From Lingula anatina (taxonomy: Eukaryota > Animalia > Brachiopoda): DNA of 64,000 bases. Position numbers and translations under genes: made by a program. This document shows, piece by piece, positions 42,813 to 55,081 of the stretch (its first letter is position 1; every line of letters begins with the position of its first letter). Location of the stretch: the NCBI GenBank assembly GCA_051362555.1, contig CM120641.1, positions 33,486,401 through 33,550,400 of the forward strand, given 5' to 3'. A model generated the notes under the pieces. It ran no database searches and was not told where the DNA came from. It saw only the letters and a list, made by a program, of their open reading frames with translations.

Positions 42813-45754
42813 TTCTTGGGTAAGGGGGGGTATTATGTGGTATTACGTGGGGCAAATCAGTTCAATTTGAAGGGTCACAGATATACTAAATCGAGCATAA
42901 TTTACCCATATTCAGGAATCTATGGAATCCGGAAATGGTCACAAAAACACATAAAGAAATCAGAAATTAATTTCAAACATATTTTCTAACTACCTCAATT
43001 TGGTTCAGAGAAAAGGAACTAAAAAGTGTGTATATGTTATACCCTCAGAATGTAAATTTTGGGCAAAGTTCAACTATTGCCGTTTAAAAAAACGTGGTTT
43101 AAGGTTACATCAGAATAATTCCCACTTTCATTTTTATATTAATTGAAGTATTCACATAAAGAATAGGTCACCCAATATAAATTAATATACAGTTGCAAAC
43201 TAGAACCGTCAAAAATGGGCTGATCCTATATTAGGAAATTTAGGAAAATTATGTTCAGGAGGGCAAATGATTTAGTTCCATTTTGCTATAGAACAAATTT
43301 AAAGTGAAGTTCTACAAAGCAGGATTGTAAATTTTACAAATAAATTATAAATGTGGATTGTTGGAAACTGTTTTAGATTTTCTTTTAGTGTGTCAAAACA
43401 GCTGAAATGTTAAAGTCCCAATTATACAAAACGCTGGATATATTTGTTACGACGTTTACAAATATTTTAATTTTAAATACATGTATTCTTAGGCCAAAAA
43501 CATTTAGACATAAATTAAGTCCTCAAACACGAAATTTCCTTTTATCTTTACTACTATCTTTATCAACAATTTATAAAAAAAAAAAATAAAAAACTTAAAT
43601 AACAAAAGTATTTATTCAGTATTCATATAATTGATGCACGAAGGGGCGAAGAGTTCCTGGCTATGAAACAAAGGCTAGGCTTCATAGGTTGCTTGCAGGC
43701 GCAGGTTGTGCAGAATCTCGTTGAACTTCTGAAAAGAAAAATAACTATTATAGCTACGGTAGTATGTTACCTTACGCCTGTACAATGAAAAGGTCCCATC
43801 GAGTAATTTCGTTTTGCCGTTCATATCGTACATTTGGAGTCCTAAAGCATTGTAACCGAAAGGCTAAATACTACTATTTTGAATGACATTTAAGTAACGA
43901 TGGGAATATTAGTATAAGGACTCGAATATTTGTCGTAAATATTCTTTAATTCGTCTTCCCCTTTGATGTTTAATGGAGGTGGTTATTGAAGAAATAGTGA
44001 TACTCACATTTATGTGTTTGCTTCTACGCCCTTCTACGCGACTTTGTGACTGCACCACACAAACTGTTGCGTCTACACACGTCTCTGTCCAACTGCCAAT
44101 TGAGCATTCGGGAGGACAGCTCACACAACGAAGAGCAACTTATTTGCATGCAAATTACAACAGGTATGGCTCATTTGAGGTGAGATGTTGTTACTGAAAC
44201 TGTTCACGAATATTCAATAAATTCAGTGAAGATGCCTTCACACGTGCACGCTCAAAATTGTGCGTGTAATCGGTGTCACATACGATACTTATACGCAGGC
44301 CTACATTGTGTACCTCTGTATGTTAGTTGTGTCAGAACCTTTATATATTGGTTAGTTTATCAGCAAACATTATCAGAATGTTGTCCTCACGTTCTACACT
44401 ATCATTATTATAAATGATCCCAGAAATATTGTCATCAAACTCCAGGCCTACATGTATTAACGTGTAAGATTTGACGAATTTTTTAATCATAGGGGCCTAC
44501 AAGTTTTGTTAATTTAAGAAAAAAATATATTCAAAAAGGATTTCAGATTTTGAATCATTACAATTTGCACAATTTTAATGATCATATCTAACGTGTTGAA
44601 AACGTCCCCACAATGTCAAAATAAAATTATATATGTCGGTCATATTTACCCAGATATAGCCTATAGCAAGCAGTGATCGCGCCGACGCTGGGCCACAAGC
44701 CTACGTTTTATCTTACACTGATTGAACAATACCTAGGCAGCTTATTAAAATTATCATAATTATCATTATTAAAATTGGGCTTGGTTTTTGCCGGCGATTT
44801 AAGAGTGGTGCAGATTTATAAACCTTTGGCCTACGTACCCGAGATAACCGACATGTGATGAAGAGCTATTAAACTGAATAAACAACTAGTTTAATTACTT
44901 TTAATTACTTTTTGGAAGGGTTAAATAGACATCATTACTTAAACCAACTTCATCAAAGTGCTTAAAAAGATGTTTAAAAACAGCCCAATCTTGCTAGTTT
45001 TTTTTTTTTTTTTTAATGAGGAACGTAAATTGCCTTAATTCCATTTTAAGAAATACATTTTAATCAACTTAATCACAAGTGCAGTTAACATAAGAGTGAA
45101 TAAGTCTAGCAGTGAAATGAGTTGATTGAGTTGAGTTAGGCCTACGTTGAACAGTAGCCCCAATTCATCACGGTCATCTAGCGCTGATCCTATCCATCCA
45201 CCCACAACTAATCAAAATATGAGAATTGAAGTCTATATCTCTAAATAGACATACTTATAATTGTGAGGTACAGGTCCATATGGCCCTAATTTTTACATCT
45301 TTAATATTCTCTAAACGTTATCGTGTAGATCTAGATCTAACGTTTCACAAATACATATTCCAAAACATTGACAAAACTTTCTTGGTTAACATATTTTTCA
45401 TAACGCTATAGGGACTATTCCCACAGATACTTGGATCGATCTATCTCCCTGGGGAGTCTCACTTAATTGCTATCAACTTATCCGGCTTAAATACCTGTCA
45501 CGCCCAGTAAAGCTGTTAGGGGGTAGGCCTAATTATCTTTAGTTAGACTCCCCATGCAGGGAGTTAGACCGATCTAGGCAGTCTTAGACTTTGGTATCAT
45601 AAACCTAATGTTCCCTCAATGTTCTAATATAAAGGCATTCTTTTGTTAGCTGGGTTGATTAGAATTTTCTGAAACACTATCTACAAATACTGATTATTAA
45701 GACCCTCTGATTTTTTAAATATGAATTTGGGAAAAATTATTTCCACCATAGACC

Positions 45755-45836
45755 AGTCAGCGCCATCTATAATTAAGCAACGCCCGCCCACAACTTCCGT
45801 TCGTCTGCTTCGCGCGTAAAAGTTGCGTTGTCGATC
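45755..45836 (+). promoter_or_regulatory. CpG-rich housekeeping-type promoter / 5' UTR of the J-domain gene
   Basis: GCGCCATCT (YY1-like), CGCCCGCCC (GC box) and ACTTCCG (ETS-like) are clustered just upstream of ATG 45837, which is in a good Kozak context (ATCATGG). Confidence 0.5.
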
Positions 45837-47583
45837 ATGGCTGATGGTTCGAACGAAGATTTATTTCGTCTGTTAGGAATCAATAAAAGTGCATCAAAAG
45901 GAGAGATCAAACAGGCAAGTTTCGCTTCCTGTTAAGTATTCAATTCACAGTAAGAACAGCTAGAATGGCATGAAATCCTCAATCATTTTGTAAAAGAATA
46001 TAAGTTTGCGAGCTTTGTGTCTGTCCCATAGTGGAGTTACCCTAGGTACTGTAGCATATCTGAGAAACACACTATTTCTTTGTCAGCATAATTACCCGTA
46101 ATGAAGTGCACTGCCTGCCTTCGAACTTTCTCAGATTTAGCGTTTGTGTAAAATTTTTCCACAGACGCAAGACGACTTTAATTCTTATACAAACCGTCAT
46201 CCACAATTCAAATCTGTGTACCCGAATAAAGTCAATCCCCCTCTCCAGTCTGAAACGATTTGGGGTGAGTGCAGAAAAACCACCTGCCAGACCAGGAATC
46301 GAACCCGGGACCCCTCGCTTACAGGGCGAGTGCTCTTACCTACTGAGCTACAGGTCTTTAAAAATGACGTAAAAACCGTTACAGCCCACCCGTACCTCCC
46401 CACTCCAATGTATGCTGCTTTCCAAAACGAAACGGCAAACGTACCAGGTATTTTTGGTCTTTCAAATAAGAGAGAAAAGGAAACGAGCGAAAATACTCCG
46501 GTCAGTATATAAATGGCCTCATAATTTTTTTTTTTTTTTTTTTTTTGGGGGGGGGGGGGGGGAGGGGGGTCGATTCAGCTGGAAAATCCCGAATATGTTA
46601 TATATTGACTCTACCTTTAAGTTCATTAACTTTGCCATCCATTATCCACTTGAAATGATAATACTGAGTACTCATTTTATGGGTGAGCATGTAGAAAATT
46701 ATTTTCCAAACAATAAAATAATGGAACTATGTGAACTCGTTTATGGTCTCTTGCCTTCATTTGATTTCATGTATTTTTTTCCGTTGAAGGCCTTTTATCG
46801 AAAAGCCAAGGAGCTGCATCCAGATCGAAATGGTGGCGGGGACGACAAGGTGGGAGTTCAAATCTTCGTCTGACGTAATGCTTCAGGATTTAAAAAGTAT
46901 CCATGAGTAACTTAACAATTGACTTATTTCAGTCTCTGAGTCTTTGAATTTTGTAAAACTATAAAAAAATAGTTCTAATGAAAATAACTTCAATTCAATC
47001 CACCGGTACGTGAATCAGTGATTTTTTTGAGTTATTAGACTATTATGAAACAAGCTGTAACGTATATTTTGAATAGTTTTTAAAATAATTCTGTATACTC
47101 CTCTACAAAACGGGCCTGTCTGTAAACCATGTATATAACCAGTGGATGTTTATTTATATCGACTATATGTAGCATGAATCCATTTTCTCTTACCATTCAG
47201 TACAAACAAGTGACGGAGGCCTATCAGATACTTGTAGACGACGATAAAAGACATTTCATCAATGAATATGGAAAAGACGCTTTCAGTAACTATAATTGCA
47301 AAACTGACGAGGGTAAGGCCTGATTTGTTTAACTTATTTGATTGACATTGTGAGATTTCCTTTTCTTCTTCTTGTAAGTGTAGGTGTTGCTGTAGTTGTA
47401 CCAAAGACCAGCTACCACAATGCAGAAAGTTAAAATGTATTTGAATGAGACCTAAAACGATTTTAATCATTGAACTTGCAATTTGAATTTAAAAATATTA
47501 CCTGTGCATTATTTAGCTTTTTAGATTATATAAGTTTCATATATTTTTCTTTCAGAACTGGAGCTAGAACGTTTTCAGTACAG
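45837..47583 (+). CDS. J-domain (DnaJ/Hsp40) N-terminal module, 4 exons, no stop codon of its own at the exon 4 donor
   Basis: Exons: 45837-45914 (GC donor, CAG|GCAAGT), 46790-46849, 47201-47312, 47556-47583. Translation: MADGSNEDLFRLLGINKSASKGEIKQ AFYRKAKELHPDRNGGGDDK YKQVTEAYQILVDDDKRHFINEYGKDAFSNYNCKTDE ELELERFQYR. The HPD motif is intact. The module ends in phase 2 at AG|GTATGT. Confidence 0.9.
46285..46357 (-). pseudogene. tRNA-like sequence (Thr-TGT anticodon arm): tRNA pseudogene or head of a tRNA-derived SINE
   Basis: Minus strand reads TAGCTCAGTAGGTAAGAGC (A box/D arm), CTCGC-CCTGTAA-GCGAG (anticodon arm) and CCGGG-TTCGATT-CCTGG (B box/T arm), then TTTTT. The acceptor stem does not pair, so it is not called a functional tRNA. 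Confidence 0.75.
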
Positions 47584-48434
47584 GTATGTTATGAATTTGG
47601 GCCTTTCTTGATTTTGTGCCATCTACACGTACAGTTGTAACACAGCAACATGGCTGGAAGAGTTGGGTAATATACTGCATATCTTTATTTTTTCTCACAA
47701 CTCATTCTTTTGGTGCTATGGGTTTTTTATGGTTTTATGGTTTGTTAGCACTAATTGGTTTTGTAATCAGAATATAGCATTTTATTTTCAAGCGTGCGTC
47801 TGTTGCTGTTTTTATATTATATAAGTTTGCAAGGTAAGGACTAAGCTTGCAGATCTAAATCGAATCGAAGAGGTTACATTGGATTTTTAGCGAATTTAAC
47901 ATGAAACCAGACGTCGATCAGTGTCGTTATTTGCTCAGAACAAAATTGGAACTAAAGCTTAACACAGCTGCTCAATACAATAAACTGTAGCCGAAAAGAA
48001 ATGTAGTGCTAAATCTTTGAAGTTTTCTACTTGTATCTAAGTTAAACAATGAGTAGGTCCCAATATGTGAATTTTTTAACTGACTTGTTCAACTGCAATA
48101 AATGTGACTCCCTTTACATGTGTTGCGATATATTTTGTTGAATACAGATTATGCGCCCTTGTCATAGTGCCATTCCCAGTTATAATTTACTGCGCTGTTC
48201 ATTCTCACGATTCTTTATTTGTAGGTAAAATATTGGGACTGAAATTGTGATAATTCATTATGACCGATCTTTAAAAAGCTCTGTGCATAAGCTGTTGGAA
48301 ATGTTTCTTACATAGTAATTTTATTTTATTTATTTATTTAATAATAGGCTGCTGTTCAGGGATTGGCATATGTCTTCAAATGCAAACGAAAAAAAAAAAA
48401 GTAAAATTAGATTGTACATTTTTCTTTATTACAG

Positions 48435-48972
48435 GGAGATGAATCCAAATGACTTCAGGATCATTCGTGAGATCTACGAAAATGACAGTGCACCAGAAGA
48501 TTTTGAGAATGAACTAGACCGTGCCTTGGAGGACTGTGTGAGCTTTATCATTATAGAACCAACCAAACTCGGGGACGAGACTGCACGCTGGATTAAAGTT
48601 GGGAACTGTTTGCACAAAACCTCGCTCCTGTCAGGGGTGTGTTGCTTGGCTGTTGGCAAGCTGTGGCCTCAGGTTGGCAGTATCCTGACGTGTCCATTGG
48701 GGGTGGTCAGTGTTATGTGTGCTGGTCTTTACATGGCTTCATGGCAGTATGACCCGTGTTGTAAATACCAAGTGGTCACTGACCCCAGAAAACTACAGGG
48801 ACTCCCTCTTTATGATCTCACCTCGCCGTCCTATGTGGCTCTGGAAAGAAAAGACGATACTGCACGAAAAATTCTCCACACAATAGTTGCCTTGGCAGCT
48901 GGAGGGTTCTGTTTATGGAAACTTTCCAAGTGGTATTCTTCTTATTCTTATGTGGATGAGATTGATCTTTGA
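48435..48972 (+). CDS. TMEM11: TMEM11 (mitochondrial morphology regulator; Drosophila PMI homologue), main coding exon with phase-2 acceptor
   Basis: Sequence IIREIYEND..FENELDRALE..IIIEPTKLGDETARWIKVGNCLHKT...LYMASWQYDPCCKYQV...LERKDDTARKILH matches the TMEM11 family. Acceptor ttattacag|G at 48434/48435; stop at 48972. Confidence 0.93.
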
Positions 48973-50864
48973 TTCAACTAATTGTTTAGTAATTGTTTTG
49001 TAATCTTCTGTGGTCTTTTGGCAAGGACATAATTTTTAAATTTTAGTGAAAACTAATATTCTGAGGACATTCATGTGAACTGGATAGACTTCTGGTTTAC
49101 TGTGACACATTCTCAACATTGGATCTGTGCAGAAAGACGTTAACTTGTCATTGTCACCCCGAACAAGGAATATATTTAACAGTTTACTATTTGAAAAATA
49201 TGAGACGGAAGACTAACCTACTGTAAGGATCTTTGTGCACTTCACAAAGTTTACCTACTGTACTGATCTAGCAAAATGCCAGTTTACTTGAGAGTTGTTC
49301 CACCTGAATGGTGCATGAAACTTTTCATGGTTTGCTCTGCTCTCAAACTGCTGTTTAAGTCTTCCAGACCACTGCATGAAGTGTCAGAGTGACTGTTTTA
49401 ACTGGACTAAAGTTTTAATAGCTGTGTAATTATCATTTTAAAGAGGTTTCAAACCATACTGTATGTGTGAAGTGTGAAATTTGTCAAAGAGTCATTTATA
49501 TGAGCAAGAATGCCAGTCACTGATGATGGGAGAGGGGACAATACTTCATGACATCAATGTCCTAGTTGTTCAATACTTTAAGAAGTCCATATGTACAAAT
49601 GTAGTTAAACAATATGGCAATTTGGTATATGCAGTGTTCTTATGAGGACTTGTGGTATAGATGATAATTGATCTATACTTGATAAACTATCCTCATCAAT
49701 GTTAGTATGTAATCTGTTGATTTAATGCAACATTTTTTTGCACTAAAGGATGGTCTGGCAAAGGGGCCTGAGAGTTAAGTAATCAATAGCACCGTGAAGC
49801 CTGGAGTGTGTTTCAAATACTGTGATACAGCACAAAAATGGCCCTTTAGCACTTGACACATTTGCAATGTTTGATTTTAGTTAATAAATTAGAACTGAAC
49901 AGTTTTGAAGCTTTGTGGCATTCACTTTTATTTTTGTTTTTAACGCAAGTATAATTTTTTTAAATTGTGAAAATTGAGCAACCACCTTAACTAGCATCAT
50001 CTTGAAATGATGACTGCCACAGGATAGTGTGCAGCAGGTTAAATAATTTAAATAATGAAAATCAATGTACTCTTGAATTGAGATTAATTTTTATTCATAT
50101 TTTTATGTACAGACACAGATGTGTCTGTACATATAGCCATCACCTGCGTCTGTCGTCGTCGCCGTGCACTTTGACCACCGATAACATGATAAGTGAAAAA
50201 CCGTTTACCTTTTGGCTTGAAACTTACAGAACTGATGAGCTTTCATAAAATGCAGGTCAAATTTTTTCTAAATTAAATTAAATTAAATTAATTTTTTCTC
50301 AAACACTGGCATTTGTGACTTTTAACTCCCATCTGCCTGAGGCTCTGCACATTTTCTGTATTTCCACATAAGCAGTTGTATTGGTTTTTATGTCTTTAAA
50401 CATTATGTAATATTATTTAATGCACTGTCATCATTTTTCAAATATTGGGACTTTCATCATGTGAATTTGAACTCTCATGGTCCTGAAAGTGTAATCTTAT
50501 TGAAGGGATGGATTGATACCATCTTCTGGGTCTTCCGGAAGACGGTCGGGTTTTTAAGTTTATATTGACAGATATCTATTTTTTTCTGTTGGAAGACCAT
50601 CAAAATGGAGGATGGATCAACAAAGATACTTTGGAATACTGTCAGAAAATATCTCTGGGTCCGCTCCTGTTATTGACCATGTTACCTGTTGGTATGATTA
50701 AAATTCAGTGTCGACTAACAGTGCTATTATAAGCATTATTTATTATTGCATCAAAATTGACAAAATGACCTATTTTGCATCATTATTTTCTGGGGTTTTT
50801 TTGTCTGTACATTTGACAGCTTTGCTGCCTTGTTTTTAAATTGAAAATCTCACTGTGTATCCAG

Positions 50865-53800
50865 GATTGCCTCAGCCAATTTTCCACCAGGGCACTTCAT
50901 GCACATTTTCATTGACGAGGCAGGTCATGCTGTGGAGCCAGAGGGTTTGATTACGTTAGCTGGAATCTTGGAGTGTGACGTTCAGAGCAAAGATGGCGGT
51001 CAGGTGGTGCTGGCAGGCGATCCCAAACAACTTGGACCAATTCTGAGGTCTCCCTTGGCCATTAAATATGGACTGGGTAGGTAACTTATAATAATGATAA
51101 TTATTATCTTTATTATTATTATTATTACATTTATATTAATGACAATGATAAGTATCCTCTGGCCATTAAATGTGGACTGGGGTGATTTATCTTTGACTTG
51201 ATAATGATAATAGTAAAATTATAATTATAATAATATGCCCCCAACAGCCATTATAATAAAAATGATAATATGAGTAATAGGAAATTTTTAATCTGCCAGT
51301 GTGTGTGAGTGTATGTGTTATGAAATGCATTAAAAGGGGAAGTTACATTACTACCTCGGGCTTAAATAAAAATGAAATAAGACTATGACTAAAAGAAAAG
51401 TGAAGTTGAAAATTGTGGACAAAAGTACTATGATTAACTATAATATTTACAAAGGTGTTTGAGAGTCTGGTAAAATCATATACATGTAGGACTTATTCTA
51501 AAAGCTTTTTATTGACCAGTGATTTCTGCTTCTAAGATTTAAGTAAAATAAAAAGTAATGCAATTAATGAACCATTTTTACTGCTATGGATGTGCCCAGA
51601 ATTATTCCTTCAATAATTTTAAATATGACAAAAGAAAGTCTTTCTTTTGACTAGGACTAGGTTTTGACATGGATCAGTTTTTTTTTTGGTAGTTCTATAA
51701 GCTCTGGTAAAATTGCAAACACTGAAATACTTTTAGATGTGGTAGTAGAGATTTTGTACTTAAGCATTGACAAAATGTCTCTTTCATCTCTTTTGTACAT
51801 ATAATGGTGAAATTAAAACCTTTTGAACCTCATAGTAATTTAGTTTCTTTGATAAAGAATAACTTCATTTATAAATATATTTATACATGTATATGAAATG
51901 TCTCATCATTTTAATGTCTTACAGGACTCTCACTCTTAGAAAGATACATGACCTACTGTGATGTGTACAAGAAGAGGGGTGGTTCGAGTCCTGGCTCAGA
52001 TGACGACGATCAAGATGTACCGGGGGTACTGTACCAACGTCAAGGCCATTACAACCCATTCCTCCTCACAAAACTCCTCAAAAACTACAGATCACATCCT
52101 GCTATCCTCAAGCTTCCAAATGAACAGTTCTACGACAACGAGCTAGAAGCCTGTGCTGACCGACTTGCCAGGGAGTCCCTCTGCAACTGGGAAGGTTTAC
52201 CAAAAACGGGGTGTCCCTTTGTATTCCATGGAGTGGTTGGGGAGGACATGAGGGAGGAAAGGAGTCCATCATTCTTCAATCCAGAAGAAGCAACTATTGT
52301 GTTGGGATATGTGGAGAAGCTACTGGAGGCCAGAGGCATCCGAGTCTTGCAGAATGAAATTGGAATTATTTCCCCCTACAGAAAACAAGTGAGGGAAATA
52401 TGACAGAGCTTATTCCATGATGAATACAGGCAACCCCTCCCCAGTCCCTCTCCCTTTTCAAGTTACTAACAACAGTTTGCAATATCAAATCGGGCTTCAC
52501 GCCAAATGCCAATTAATTGAAGCTGCCTAGTAAAACTTTGCAAATTTGTTTACAATTATTAACTGGGCCTTTTTGCTGAGTTAGGGCAATAGATTCTAAG
52601 AATGTGGCGTAGCTCTAAAGAGCCAGTAGTCAACATTCTTTAAAGGTCCAATATTCCATTTACCTTAAAGTACAGCCACAATACATCTGAGTTAATAGTA
52701 TGTTATAGATATGGTACTGTTAGGCTTATGAAAAGTCCTACTTTAACTACAGAAGTGTACATGTGATAAAGTATAAAGAAAAATTTAAAAAATTAAAATT
52801 GAAATTGTGGTGAATTTGCTCACTCCCATCTCACATGGCAAATTCAATTACTAATCCACCTGAGCTTGGTTATAATGTAATGTACTAACAATATGCAGCC
52901 TGTTCAGAGTTATGGCTAACTACTAGTAAAATAAGATAAAGATAAAGTAAATGCTGAATGTAACGGATGAGTATTAAATCAGGCGTGTAGCCAGGGGGGG
53001 TTTGGGGGGTTTTAAAGAACTGCCACTTTTGCTGGGGAAAGGTCCACTGTGGGTAAAATTTGATCTAGGTACATGAAGTTTTTATGGAAAAAGGTCCACT
53101 TTTTCAGAAAAAGAACCCCCCTTTTGAAATTGCTGGTTACGGGCCTGTAAATGCACAGACATCCCTTTTTATTCTCTCCACAGGTTCAAAAACTGAGGCA
53201 ACTGCTGTTCAAGAAAAACTTTCGGGACATAAAGGTGGGCAGTGTGGATGAATTTCAGGGTCAGGAGAGACGGGTCATCATGGTGTCCACCGTGAGGAGT
53301 AACCCCGATTACCTGGCTCTGGACGCAGAGTTCAAGCTGGGCTTTTTAAAGAACCCAAAGGTCAGTCATTTGTACACTTATGCATGTGGACACACAAACT
53401 GGGGTAGAGTTAACACTGCCCAATTAAGCCAAATGCTAAAACTGACTTCAATTGGCTAAACAAAATAGGGTTGATTTGACTTATTTTAGTCAAATTTAAA
53501 CCATTTTGGAGAAAAAAGTGATGAAAAAGTAGTAATTTGGCTTTAGAAAAAATTGCTAGTGCCACCTCAGCATATGGTAATAACTTGATTTTTTTCAGTG
53601 GGGGGGAAATCGTGAATTTTACAGATGCGGTATTTTTTAGGCCATTAATTTTTAAAATTTTAATACTCCTACCCAATTCCTATTGGATGGTCACAACAGA
53701 ATAAAAAAGTAAGCTACTCTATAGTTCTAATCTGTGCAGTAAGAGTACCACTAATACTATATACTTTATGTGTTTATAAAGGTATACATTTGAAAGTTTG

Positions 53801-55044
53801 ATAATTTTTGCCCATTGAAAAGATAGTGTCATTACCATGATTGTGCTGTGGCATGTGTATATGCGTGAACACATAATTCATAAGACTTTGTACATGTGGA
53901 TGTGCACACACATATTTTGAAATGTAAGGTTATTTAAACAGCTAGAGTCCATACTATTTTCATCACCATTTCTTTCCACTATGGCACTGCAGAGACTATG
54001 CCATGTGATGCGGAATTCACAGAAGAGGTATGAACAGTTAGTCTCAGACTATACTGTCTTCAGTGTTCACCCGCACATACAGTTACATGTGGGATTAATT
54101 TTTTTTCAGAGGTTTAATGTGTCGATCACAAGAGCAAAGGCCCTATTGATTGTTGTAGGGAATCCGTTTCTTCTTTCGCAAGATGCACATTGGAACAGGT
54201 GAAGTGAATTATTTTAATTTATTTGATCAGTAAGCAAAAAAAGTTCAATCAAATTATAAGACTTTTTCAAACCAAACACAAATCAGCCATGTTAGGTTCA
54301 AAATTTTTTTCCTTTATTTAATCTTTATTTAATCTCATTGTTTCTAAGAACTCTTGTTCAGACAGACAGACAAACCAACAAAAAAAGAAATGTTAAGGAT
54401 TTAATAAAGATCATAAATTAAATTTTTAATGTTTGTTCAGACAGACTGACAAAAAAAAAAAACAAAGAGGATAGAAAGATTAAAAAGAGAAAGCTATCAT
54501 GTTTTAGTTCAGACAGACTGTTAAATAAAAAAAAAAAAATAGAAAAAAAAAGGAAAGTTAAAAAACATGTAAATTAAACTCCAAACTGACAGACAAAATA
54601 GTGTCTACTAGGCAATTCTTTCTTTTATTGTGAATGAAAGTCCATACAGAAAGACAAAAGAAAGTAGGCAATTCTTTCTTTATTTTCAACTTCTCTTTGG
54701 TGTAGTTTCCTTAAGTACTGCCTCGAGAAAAAAGCGTACACAGGATGTGATTACGATGACCCTACTGATCAGCTCGACGATGTCGTAGAGAGGTTTGTTG
54801 CAGTGAATATTAAGCAGTCAGGTATTGCAATCAATTTCTCTGTTGAATATTTTATTTTCTCAGATTATTGGCTATAAATAATCTAAATCATTAGGACTGA
54901 AAAGTCAGAATTTCAAATACTGTGAATTACTAACTGTCATCTTGCATTTTCATTACTTAAAGTCCATTTTCAAGAGCAACTACTTTCTTCTTGTCTGTTG
55001 TGTTATTCAGACGTACGACAAGTAATGTGTCCAAGATTTATTGA

Positions 55045-55081
<37 letters not shown>

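Noticed and set aside
42339-42989. ORFs 42525..42989 (+) and 42339..42539 (-)
   Set aside because: They are translations of the 34-bp minisatellite.
46285-46357. Functional tRNA-Thr(TGT) gene
   Set aside because: The D, anticodon and T arms fold, but the acceptor stem has several mismatches. Treated as a pseudogene or SINE head.
48370-48434. N-terminal extension MSSNANEKKKSKIRLYIFLYY in the ORF track for TMEM11
   Set aside because: It runs through a poly-A tract and the polypyrimidine tract/acceptor, so it is intronic read-through.
50560-50700. Possible upstream MOV10 exon (EDHQNGGWINKDTLEYCQK...)
   Set aside because: It shows no resemblance to the expected preceding motif (..RIIVTTLxTAGR) and has no convincing splice boundaries.
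51160-51185. Copy of the MOV10 exon end (tggccattaaatgtggactgggg) inside the intron
   Set aside because: It is a short local duplication without an acceptor, so it is unlikely to be an exon.
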